A stretch of 64,000 bases of DNA from the IMG/VR virus record IMGVR_UViG_3300029267_002792; one strand, written 5' to 3'. Source of the stretch: a virus. Position 1 is the stretch's first letter, and every line of letters begins with the position of its first letter. Shown here piece by piece: positions 45,323 through 53,615 of the stretch. Position numbers and translations under genes: made by a program. The notes beneath the pieces were generated by a model. It was not told the DNA's origin and searched no databases. It was given only the letters and a program-made list of their open reading frames with translations.

Positions 45323-48300
45323 TTATCTCCCTGGACCACCCGGCATACCAGGATGGCCCCCAATCCGAGAAACCGCTGCTTGGGCCTCTCGAATCGTTCG
45401 CCGGCGCTCCTCAGTTGTTCCTGCCGTTGGATTTACACCAAGAGCAGCCACCGCCTCCCGGAGTTCGTCCATCTTGGCCACGAACAACTGCTGGTATCCC
45501 CCGCGACCTCCCACTCCTCGATACCAATCCGGATGGTGGATGGCCTGAAGGACCTCATTCCCCCGAAGTTGAGCTAGGCGCCGTCGCATCGCCTCTTCAT
45601 CCGCCGGGCGAGCCAGTGCTGATGCTGCTGCTCCCCGAGCCTCAGCCAGACGCGCGTTAGCCGCGGTTATCGTCCGAAGCCGGGCAATGATGCCTTCAAC
45701 AGCTGTCTCGGTTCCTTCCATCGTGACGAGCGACTGCGCCAGCACCCGACTGAACAGGTCTGTCATGATCTCGGAGATGCCCTCGGCCATGGTCGTGAAG
45801 TGATCGACCATCGCCTCCGAGAACTCGCCCATGTTCTCCACTACAGCGGCGAAGCCCTCCTGGAACCCAGACACGATCGCATTCACGGTTGCGTCGTGGA
45901 GAACAGCCTGCATCGTCTCGGACACACTGTTAGCGGCCGAAGTCATGACTTCCTCGGTCGCCTCCATATCTCGCCCCACCACTGTGTTGATGGAGTTCCC
46001 AAACAACCGTACAGCGGCAGCCAGAATCGAATCGAGCTGCCCCCGTCCAGCGTCACCCAGAGTTTGAAACGCTTGCGTCACTGGCTGGATAGCCTGTGTC
46101 AGGCTCTCGAAAATGGGAGACAGGATAGCCGTCAGCCCACTCCACCCCTCTTGAATCCGCTCCGGGACACCTACCAGATCCTCCCACACACTGCCGATCG
46201 ACTCGCTGATCGTCGACCACACCGTACCAGCCACCTCGCTGATTCCCTCCCACGCCGCCGTGAGGTTGTTGAAAAACGGGGTTATCACCCCCTCTTGAAC
46301 CGACGACAACGCTAGAGCTATGTTCTCCCGGATACTTCCCCATATCTCAGCAAGACGAGTCCTAAGTTCCTCAAATCGAGCTACCCACTGCGGGAGCACT
46401 TCCTCGATAGCTTGGGTCGTCTGCGGAAACACGTTCCGAAACCACTGCACAAACCCGGTCCAAAGACCACGCAACCACCTCTCGAAGCGCTGTGGCGCAG
46501 ACGTGGCGTTCTCCCACATCGACTCGAAAGTACCAAACGCCCCATCCCACAGCTCCAAAAACTCCTCAGCTACAGGCTCCCACAGCTCTTGGAACCATAC
46601 CGCTACCGCTCCGACAACCTCCCGGACATTATCCCCCCAGCGCTCCCACCCCTCAGCAACGATTGCCCAGAGGCCTACAAATGGGGCTACCAACAAAGCC
46701 GCTCCAACCGTAAGCGCGGCAACCAACGCCGCAACGATAGCTGCCGACAGCGCTGTGCTCGACACCATGAACACGTCAAGCCAATGGTCTCGGAACCACT
46801 GCCCGATCATCGTCCCAAGAACCTCCAGAGCCGGCTGGACAGCCTCCCACAAGCTAGCGGCGAGGTCACCGATCTGGCTGAACACCTGGTTCCAATCAAT
46901 CCCCTCCCACCATTCACCGATGCGATTCCAAATGATCTCCCGGAACTGAGTCATCTTGGTTTCCAGCCATGGCCGAATGTGCTCAAACAGGCCCTCCAGA
47001 CCCTGCCGAATGTTCGCCCATATCCCGGCCCAATCTACCTCCCCTAGTCTCTCCACCACTCGGCGGATAGCACCCATGACTCCGCGATCCTCTTCTCCAG
47101 CGGCCGGACCCTCGAAGAGCTGATCGAAATTCAGGTTGGAAAACGCCTCCGCCGCGCGGACCACCCACTGTTCGATATCACCAATCCACTCCTCGAAGAT
47201 GGAGGCGTACCGTTGCGCCTGGTTGTCGATCGCCCGGCCAAGCATCACCATGGGGTCGATGGCCTCTTCCCCGGCTTGGCGAGCGCTTCTAGACAAACGC
47301 CCCCACTCGGTAATCACATCCGTCGTGAAGATAGAAATATACCCAAGCACGGTGTCGAGAATGCCACCCCACGACGTGAAAGCTTCAACAAGCGGCATGA
47401 TCTGCCCACGTAGCTCGTCGGCCGCTATCGCCGAACCGCGCAGCTCGGCGGGCATGAGAGCCAGAGCCCCTAGCTGTTGGGACCGAGAAAGAAGCCCCAT
47501 GACATCCCGGAGAGGTCCGGTAGACCGCGCCGCTTCGCCCGCCGCCACTCGAAGATCCCTCAGGCTGTCGCGCGTGCGCCGGAGAAAGTCCCGCGAGTCG
47601 GCCCGCGAAATCCGACGCATCGCCGTTTGAAACCCGGCCCGCATGCGTTCGAGGACCTCGTCCATCGTGCGACCGGTCGTGTGGGCGTCCCGAGCCAACT
47701 GTGTGAGGTCAACGGAGGCGTTGCGAATAGACCCCATCGCCTGGACGGTCTCCGAGTCCATCGTTCCCCAGAAGTTGATCAGCGTCGCCGTCATCTCAGG
47801 ACCAAATACCTGCTGCAGCCGCCCACGCATGAACTCCATCAGACGTCCAACGTTGCCCCCGCTATCCCGGGTGCTCTGGACCAGCTGCCCCATGCCTTCG
47901 ATAAGGCCGCCCGGACCGGCCTGCATGAGGCGGAATGACTCGTTCACCTCACCTCGGGTGACAGCAAGCTCCGTGACCAGCTGAGGAAGCTGATCCTCAG
48001 TGCCTGCAAACATGTTCTGGAACGCTTCTCGACTCTCCGTTACAGTCCCGGCCAGCTCGGAAGCCATCTGACGGGCTCGATCTGAGTCCTGCGTCAGTGC
48101 GAACAATCCTCGCGCAGCCGCAGCGGTGTCAGCCGCAAACGCAGCCATCTGCTCCGGCGTATCCCCCAGAGCCCGACGACGTTCAAGCATCTGCAAAACC
48201 TGTGGAAGCTCATTCAAGGCGCCAGCTACATCCCCCGTCTCACGACCCATCTGCGTCAGAGCAGAAGTGACCAAGTTGATCTGCTCGTCCGAAGCCCCAA

Positions 48301-49120
48301 GATTTCGCAGCTCTAGAGTCGAATTACGAAGAACGTCGGCGTTGATTCCGAGCGCCGAAGTTAGCCTAGCCACATCCTGAGCGCTCCGGAGACCTGTCGC
48401 TCCCAGCACCTCAGCAGATTCGTCCCACGCACGAATGGCCCTGGCGGCCTCATCCGCCCCGATGTTGAGTCCCATAGCCATGCTGGTAGACTGCTGGACA
48501 AACCGATTGAGGTCGCTGCCGATATACCCCATGTTCGCGCCGACTTGCCGTGCCGTCTGACCCAGAGAGACAGCCTCGGCCTCCAGGCTGTTGGTCAGGT
48601 TCACGCCCTCATTCGCGATCCGGTGAATCGCGTCCCCGGCCCGGCGAGGTAGGCCTGTCACAGCATCAACCATACCTCCGGCCGACTCCGCCGCCTGACC
48701 AAACCCAGCAATGATCGGCCCGAGAGCCATACCAACCCAGCCCAGAGCCCCCGTTATCTTCCCGGCCCCTCCAAGAACCGAGTTCGCCATGCGACCAAAC
48801 TTCGTACCACCGACAGCTGCCTCGGCAGCCATACCACCCATAGCGACCGAGAGGTCGTCTACCTGCTCCTTGGGGTCGCTCGGAAGACTCAGATCTAGGT
48901 CGTCGAATGACCACTCGACGCCCTCGAACTCTTTGAGTTCATCACCAAGACCGCTGAATAGCCCTCCAGCCGGGGCGAGCCCTTCTGCGGCGGTGTGCTG
49001 AAAGTCACTGAGCGAGTCGTTCAGCTGCTTGAACTGGGTGTCGACGTTACCGAGCGCAGCGTTCAGACCAGAGTCTTTGGCCCCAAAGCTGAAACCGCAG
49101 CCCATGAAGTTCAAACCCAC
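45323..49120 (-). CDS. Tape measure protein (1265 aa)
   Basis: Very long helical protein with Trp/Phe periodic repeats, between the chaperone and baseplate genes. Confidence 0.85.
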   Translation of the reverse strand: MGLNFMGCGFSFGAKDSGLNAALGNVDTQFKQLNDSLSDFQHTAAEGLAPAGGLFSGLGDELKEFEGVEWSFDDLDLSLPSDPKEQVDDLSVAMGGMAAEAAVGGTKFGRMANSVLGGAGKITGALGWVGMALGPIIAGFGQAAESAGGMVDAVTGLPRRAGDAIHRIANEGVNLTNSLEAEAVSLGQTARQVGANMGYIGSDLNRFVQQSTSMAMGLNIGADEAARAIRAWDESAEVLGATGLRSAQDVARLTSALGINADVLRNSTLELRNLGASDEQINLVTSALTQMGRETGDVAGALNELPQVLQMLERRRALGDTPEQMAAFAADTAAAARGLFALTQDSDRARQMASELAGTVTESREAFQNMFAGTEDQLPQLVTELAVTRGEVNESFRLMQAGPGGLIEGMGQLVQSTRDSGGNVGRLMEFMRGRLQQVFGPEMTATLINFWGTMDSETVQAMGSIRNASVDLTQLARDAHTTGRTMDEVLERMRAGFQTAMRRISRADSRDFLRRTRDSLRDLRVAAGEAARSTGPLRDVMGLLSRSQQLGALALMPAELRGSAIAADELRGQIMPLVEAFTSWGGILDTVLGYISIFTTDVITEWGRLSRSARQAGEEAIDPMVMLGRAIDNQAQRYASIFEEWIGDIEQWVVRAAEAFSNLNFDQLFEGPAAGEEDRGVMGAIRRVVERLGEVDWAGIWANIRQGLEGLFEHIRPWLETKMTQFREIIWNRIGEWWEGIDWNQVFSQIGDLAASLWEAVQPALEVLGTMIGQWFRDHWLDVFMVSSTALSAAIVAALVAALTVGAALLVAPFVGLWAIVAEGWERWGDNVREVVGAVAVWFQELWEPVAEEFLELWDGAFGTFESMWENATSAPQRFERWLRGLWTGFVQWFRNVFPQTTQAIEEVLPQWVARFEELRTRLAEIWGSIRENIALALSSVQEGVITPFFNNLTAAWEGISEVAGTVWSTISESIGSVWEDLVGVPERIQEGWSGLTAILSPIFESLTQAIQPVTQAFQTLGDAGRGQLDSILAAAVRLFGNSINTVVGRDMEATEEVMTSAANSVSETMQAVLHDATVNAIVSGFQEGFAAVVENMGEFSEAMVDHFTTMAEGISEIMTDLFSRVLAQSLVTMEGTETAVEGIIARLRTITAANARLAEARGAAASALARPADEEAMRRRLAQLRGNEVLQAIHHPDWYRGVGGRGGYQQLFVAKMDELREAVAALGVNPTAGTTEERRRTIREAQAAVSRIGGHPGMPGGPGR

Positions 49121-49129
49121 TGCCGCCTC

Positions 49130-49339
49130 CTACCGTCTTCGTGCTCTCGCCCGAGCCTGCTGAAGAGCCGCGTTGTGATTCTGCTGACGCGTCCGCTCGA
49201 GGTTGGATTTCTCGACCATCAAACGGTGACGCCGTGTCACGGGCATGCCCATGACAGCTTCGTAGGAGATACCGGACCAACACTCCATCAAAAAAAAGAG
49301 TTCCTTCTCTAGCGCTTCCGCCGACCCCCAGGGAAGAAA
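49130..49339 (-). CDS. T-segment of the tail assembly chaperone, reached by -1 frameshift
   Basis: The -1 frame reads FLPWGSAEALEKELFFLMECWSGISYEAVMGMPVTRRHRL.., a T-type motif that starts upstream of the first ATG in that frame. Confidence 0.65.
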   Translation of the reverse strand, partial: FLPWGSAEALEKELFFLMECWSGISYEAVMGMPVTRRHRLMVEKSNLERTRQQNHNAALQQARARARRR

Positions 49340-50163
49340 AAATTTGCAGCGCTGAGATCCAGATCCTTCTCCCACTCGCTCCCACACGACGGGCACTCCA
49401 GCTCCAAAGTCGTATCGATGCCGCCCTCCACCTCCTCAAACTCGTTCCGGAGGAATTGGCGATCACGCATCCCTAGCGACTTTACCATCTTGAGGGTGGG
49501 CTTTTCACCTCCAAGCAGCTCCAACCGCATAAGCAAAGACTGGGACGGCCCATCTGCCTTGTGTTTCTGCCGCTTGATGATCTTGTTGAAGTTGGCCTCA
49601 TCGGCCCCTGTCGGTACCCGAAATCTGGCTGTGGTACCGGAAGGAAGCTGCACGTCGTACACCCGCTTCCGCGGGTTTTTCATCTCCTTCGGGTTCAGGT
49701 CTTCCGCAAGGTCAACCATGAACAGCGTAGTTACTCCGCAGTCCGGACACTTCTCTCTCACCGGGAGGTCGTCCCCGAGAGTGACGCGCCGGATGGCGAA
49801 AATGAGAAAGACGCGATCCCCGATAACCAGGTCCTGCACCATCCCCGAAATGAGGCCCTTGTCCGTGACGGTCCCAATACGCTCCACGCACCCGGCTAGA
49901 AGAGTCGACACCTTCTGTGCCGAAGGAACCTGTTGCGAGGACAACATGTCCTCCTCGTGTCCCGTAATCTCCCGAACCTGTACCTCCCGGAATAGCTCTT
50001 GAGTGTGCGGGTCCAGGTAGCCGCATGGCAGCTCGAACACACCTAGCGTACCTTTCGGCGTCTCCATCTGCTGCACGGTGTGCATGTGCTCGATGGCTCC
50101 ACCCACAGGTGCCTCAGGCTTTCCATCGCTGATCTCGTTCTGAAGATTTTGTTCGCCGTTCAT
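49309..50163 (-). CDS. Tail assembly chaperone / baseplate hub assembly protein (gp26-like) with two CxxC
   Basis: FELPCGY..REITGHEEDML..L.IGDR.FL...R..TLG..CPDC..CPSC; directly upstream of the tape measure gene. Confidence 0.75.
   Translation of the reverse strand: MNGEQNLQNEISDGKPEAPVGGAIEHMHTVQQMETPKGTLGVFELPCGYLDPHTQELFREVQVREITGHEEDMLSSQQVPSAQKVSTLLAGCVERIGTVTDKGLISGMVQDLVIGDRVFLIFAIRRVTLGDDLPVREKCPDCGVTTLFMVDLAEDLNPKEMKNPRKRVYDVQLPSGTTARFRVPTGADEANFNKIIKRQKHKADGPSQSLLMRLELLGGEKPTLKMVKSLGMRDRQFLRNEFEEVEGGIDTTLELECPSCGSEWEKDLDLSAANFFFPGGRRKR
49339..49345 (-). other. Slippery heptamer A AAT TTT for programmed -1 ribosomal frameshift
   Basis: In-frame X XXY YYZ arrangement (gca AAT TTT ttc) 9 codons before the chaperone stop. 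Confidence 0.65.
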
Positions 50164-50741
50164 GGTCTCGTCCTTCCTACAATCCGCCGGGTCTCCGCCT
50201 CATACATGCGGATGAGCCCTTTCAGTGTGTCTGTCACCGTCGTCCCGTTCCTGTCCGCGATGGCCTTGAAGCTCGCGTAGACGTCCCGACCAACCCAAAC
50301 GTTGATCTTCACGTCCGAGCCCCCATCCTGGAACATGTCCAGATCGTCGAACTGGTCTGCCTCCGTCACGTATTTCGACATGAGGAAGCGGACCAGAGAC
50401 GACACGCTCCGGAAACCGTGCCTGGCAGCCAAGCCATTTTTGAGCTTTCTGTGGAGGCCTTGGCTCACGAAGAAGTTGATTGGGCGCGTGTGCTCCCCAG
50501 ACGCCGGCTGTGGCACCTTGGCCTGTATATCCCGAGCCATAGCGCACGTCCGGCACAGGAGCACACCGTTGCCGACAACCCTCTTCCCACCGGCCTCTTC
50601 CGGCACGATCATGCGCACCTTCAACCGCTCAATGTCCCCGCAGTTCGAGCACCGGCCCCCACAGGCATCAAAGACACGAGTCTCCCAGGCGCCCCTCCGA
50701 TCCTTGACAGACGCCTTCAGAACCTCTGTTCCACCGTCCAT
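50160..50741 (-). CDS. Degenerate HNH zinc-finger fused to two RHH DNA-binding domains
   Basis: CSNC..LKVRMIVP..GNGVLLCRTC lacks the catalytic His. RHH1 is INFFVSQGLHRKL..RSVSSLVRFLM; RHH2 is INVWVGRDVYASFKAIA..TVTDTLKGLI. Confidence 0.7.
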   Translation of the reverse strand: MDGGTEVLKASVKDRRGAWETRVFDACGGRCSNCGDIERLKVRMIVPEEAGGKRVVGNGVLLCRTCAMARDIQAKVPQPASGEHTRPINFFVSQGLHRKLKNGLAARHGFRSVSSLVRFLMSKYVTEADQFDDLDMFQDGGSDVKINVWVGRDVYASFKAIADRNGTTVTDTLKGLIRMYEAETRRIVGRTRP

Positions 50742-50748
50742 TGTACGC
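50734..50748. promoter_or_regulatory. Operator-like palindrome variant CCGTCCATTGTACGC overlapping the RHH gene start codon
   Basis: 13/15 match to GCGTCCAWTGGACGC. The ATG (50739-50741) lies inside it. Confidence 0.55.
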
Positions 50749-50816
50749 TTCCTCCACTACTGCAATTCTTAGGTAAACCTACTCACACGCCGACGACCCC
50801 GAAAGGGATCTCGGAC

Positions 50817-50999
50817 CTATTTCTGCTTGGGCTTCTTCTTCGATCGCTTGACAGGCTTGTAGGGTGGTACCGGGGGCCGAAGAGGTGCCCCCAAAGGAAC
50901 TTCGTAACCACCCACCCCACTTGAGGTTGTCTGCTCCTGCTGATCGCGTTGACGGCGAAGCACCTTCTCAGTATCGAGAGTCTCCCAATCCTTGCCCAT
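50817..50999 (-). CDS. Small basic protein (60 aa)
   Basis: Operon-packed; contains GVGGYEVPLG. Confidence 0.55.
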   Translation of the reverse strand: MGKDWETLDTEKVLRRQRDQQEQTTSSGVGGYEVPLGAPLRPPVPPYKPVKRSKKKPKQK

Positions 51000-51002
51000 A
51001 GC

Positions 51003-51788
51003 CTACCTCGCAGTTACGCCGCCTACAGCGTCAGCAATCGCAATACCCATAGCCACTGGAGCCGCCTCACTACCGAGCGACAGCTCGTCCCAAGATTCAA
51101 CGGCAATCTCTAACTCCTGGATCGAGATCGACCCGTCAGATGCGTCGAAATCGCCAGCTGCCTTGTATCGGGCCGGAACGCAACCGTAGAGAACCCACGC
51201 CTTGGCAGGGAGTCGCGGAGCGAACTCAAAAGGCCCAAGGGGTGCCCCGGCAGCAGACGACGCTATTGATTGCGCCTGAGCCGCAGAACCGGCCAAAAAA
51301 GCCGTCGAGGCTAGAGACGAGGGACTTCCTACCAGCGCCGTCGCCGTCCCTTGTAGAGCCAGTACACCGGCCGCAGCCGCCAATCCCTGTGCCGCCCCCG
51401 CCGGAATCGGGTTCCTGGACATAAAATGCACCAGGAGCAGGTCTCTTCGAGGCGTTGCACCACCCAGCGCTGTAGCGTGGAGCGGCCCCCTTCCACCAGT
51501 GTTACCTGCTAACGCAGCCAGAACCCACCGATAGAAGTCACTGTCGTACCACTTCGAGGCCCGCGACAATGTCATGTTCGAGGCGTCGCCGCCTTTCACG
51601 ACCTTGCGCTTGAAAAACCAGTTGGCCTCGGTAATCTCTGTGATCTCGACATTCACCTCAGGGGCCGTGATCGAGGAGAAACCGAGAAGCGGGGAAAAGA
51701 GAGGAAGGGCCAAAGGTTCGATCGGCGCGATATCCATCAACCAGAACGGATAGTTCTGCAGGTAGTCAGTCAGCGAGCTTCTGGCCAC
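51003..51788 (-). CDS. Second gp19-fold tail tube protein with an Ala/Gly-rich insertion
   Basis: DYLQNYPF..GFSSITAPEV.VE..EITE..; W.L.GC.P.RYK.AGDFDA....ISI.ELEIA.E aligns with the main tube protein. Confidence 0.75.
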   Translation of the reverse strand: MARSSLTDYLQNYPFWLMDIAPIEPLALPLFSPLLGFSSITAPEVNVEITEITEANWFFKRKVVKGGDASNMTLSRASKWYDSDFYRWVLAALAGNTGGRGPLHATALGGATPRRDLLLVHFMSRNPIPAGAAQGLAAAAGVLALQGTATALVGSPSSLASTAFLAGSAAQAQSIASSAAGAPLGPFEFAPRLPAKAWVLYGCVPARYKAAGDFDASDGSISIQELEIAVESWDELSLGSEAAPVAMGIAIADAVGGVTAR

Positions 51789-51835
51789 GGTTCAACCCGA
51801 TCCAATCAATCAACTCTTAGGTAACGCCCCGCGCG

Positions 51836-51872
51836 AAAAAGGCCGCAAGCCGCGTGAACGCGACCTACGGCC
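51836..51872 (-). terminator. Intrinsic terminator after the tail tube gene
   Basis: 14-bp stem GGCCGTAGGTCGCG-TTCA-CGCGGCTTGCGGCC followed by TTTTT. Confidence 0.75.
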
Positions 51873-51877
51873 CTCTT

Positions 51878-52414
51878 CTACGCCGCAGCGTTGACGATCA
51901 GCTCGTAGTACTCCAGCTCCAAGTCGAGTTCCATGATGGAGATTTCCGACGCCGTGGCATCCAGGTCACCTGCCACCTTGTACCGGGCCGGGAACGCCTC
52001 ATGGACCAAATAGGTCCGCTGGGCGTCCACCTCCGTCGGGATCGCCGTCAGGTTGCCCTCTGTACTTCCTGTGAGCGCTTCCTCCCGGTGGTAGTGCTTG
52101 ATCCGCACATCCTCCCGATAGTTCCCAGCGCCCTCCATGACCGTCTTGGTCCACTTCCAGAAAGCTTGGTCGGTGATCGCCACCCCTCGAGAAAGCGAGA
52201 TCGGTGCGAAAGTCGTGTTCCCCGGCTGCTTGCGGGTGTAGATGTACGTACCTTCCTTGTACTCTACCGCCTCGATCGTAGCCTCAGGAACCGAACACAT
52301 CGAGAAGCCCGCCTGCGGGGGGCCGAGACGTTCCTCGGCCGCCACCTCTCCGCTGACAACCTCGACGTGGAAACGCATCGAGTGAAGGAAGTCTTCTGAC
52401 ACTGGCCGAGCCAT
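51878..52414 (-). CDS. gp19: Tail tube protein (T4 gp19-like)
   Basis: DFLHSMRFHVEV..AGFS.CS.PE..IE.VEYKEG..RK.PG.TTF..ISL.RG..; AFP.RY..GDLDA. Confidence 0.9.
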   Translation of the reverse strand: MARPVSEDFLHSMRFHVEVVSGEVAAEERLGPPQAGFSMCSVPEATIEAVEYKEGTYIYTRKQPGNTTFAPISLSRGVAITDQAFWKWTKTVMEGAGNYREDVRIKHYHREEALTGSTEGNLTAIPTEVDAQRTYLVHEAFPARYKVAGDLDATASEISIMELDLELEYYELIVNAAA

Positions 52415-52434
52415 GTAACAGCCTCCGTCCCTGG

Positions 52435-52501
52435 TCCCGCCGCAGCGAGTTCCCGTCAAAGACGGGCGAGGTCAAAAACCTCTGCCGGAAGGGCTTCCGG
52501 T
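52435..52501 (-). ncRNA. Four-hairpin structured 5' leader, tube copy
   Basis: ACCGG-N8-CCGG CA GAGGT/ACCTC G CCCGTC/GACGGG AA CTCGC/GCGGG, then GGAGG. Confidence 0.7.
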
Positions 52502-52543
52502 CGTTATTCCAAACCTACAACAGCCGAGCTACCAACCGCAAGC

Positions 52544-53182
52544 CTACTCGAAAGCCGTGATGTGCACGACGTCCGTATTCGCCAGGTCACCGCCACCGCC
52601 ATTCAAAGTAACGACCACGTCGTTCCCTGAAATGACAAAGGTGTCCGTGATCGCCATCTTCAGCGCACCCGTCGCATCGAGGACAGTCACCTGAACCGCA
52701 GCCGGCACGAACGAGAACGAAAACCGCACCGCCCCAGCCGTGATCATGGCCGTGGTGATCGCCAGCTTGGTAGCCGCGAGAACCTGGTTCCCCGACTCTT
52801 TCCCAGCCAGAGTGTTGAGGTTGACATCCCCAACGTCACTGGCCCAGTTCGTCACCCCGCTCGCATCGAGTGCAATATCGGGGTTCCCAGAAGCAACCTG
52901 CCCGTTGGCGGATACTGCCGAGCGAAGACGGAGCTGAGTCGCGCTCAGCTTGTCCCACACCAGCGCCTCTGTCCCACTCGCCTGGGCAGCTGCGAGGAGA
53001 TTGTCGAGTGACGCCTCAGCGTCCGCGCCGATCTCGACCTCGATGTCAGCTGTGGCCCCTGCAGGGGCGGTAAGAAACTTGTAGGTGTCGCTACCAACGA
53101 CAAGATCCTCGTCGTTGCTTGGCTGCCCACTCTGCGTCAGAGTAGCCACAGCGACAGAGCCACGTGTAAACCTGAAGCTCAT
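52544..53182 (-). CDS. Hypothetical virion protein (212 aa)
   Basis: Lies between sheath and tube genes; Ala/Thr-rich and beta-rich. Confidence 0.7.
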   Translation of the reverse strand: MSFRFTRGSVAVATLTQSGQPSNDEDLVVGSDTYKFLTAPAGATADIEVEIGADAEASLDNLLAAAQASGTEALVWDKLSATQLRLRSAVSANGQVASGNPDIALDASGVTNWASDVGDVNLNTLAGKESGNQVLAATKLAITTAMITAGAVRFSFSFVPAAVQVTVLDATGALKMAITDTFVISGNDVVVTLNGGGGDLANTDVVHITAFE

Positions 53183-53204
53183 GATGATCTCCTCTCAGAC
53201 TCGA

Positions 53205-53552
53205 TCAGGTGATAACACCCGCCGCGTCCCGCCAATTCGTTCCATCCGTCCAGTTCAGCGCATTGTCATCCGTGTTCCAGATGGCGCCGAAGAGCGGCCA
53301 GTCAGCCGGGGCCGGACGGCTCAAGTCCGTGAAGGGCGGCCAAGGCTCGGTGCCGAGTGCAGCGTCGTCGCCGTCCTCGACCGCGAACGACAGGACAATG
53401 GTACCGGCCTGAACGAGCTTCTTCAGCTCCTGCTCCATGTCCAACTCGGAACGCGACTTCGAGACCGTCACGGCCTCGCCTGCTGCCAAGTTTTTGTAGA
53501 GCAGGCTCAGAAAAACGTCGCCCGACGAAGCGTTCGTGAATGTTACCTGCAT
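53205..53552 (-). CDS. Hypothetical virion protein (115 aa)
   Basis: GGAGG Shine-Dalgarno; C-terminal GAIWNTDDNALNWTDGTNW. Confidence 0.65.
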   Translation of the reverse strand: MQVTFTNASSGDVFLSLLYKNLAAGEAVTVSKSRSELDMEQELKKLVQAGTIVLSFAVEDGDDAALGTEPWPPFTDLSRPAPADWPLFGAIWNTDDNALNWTDGTNWRDAAGVIT

Positions 53553-53615
53553 GACCTACCTCCCTAAACACTTCCTTATCTGCTGAAACCGCTACCGAAG
53601 TCCGCCCCGCTAACC

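Noticed and set aside
50160-50741. Active homing endonuclease call
   Set aside because: The catalytic His and the terminal His/Asn are absent, and the RHH fusion fits a regulator better.
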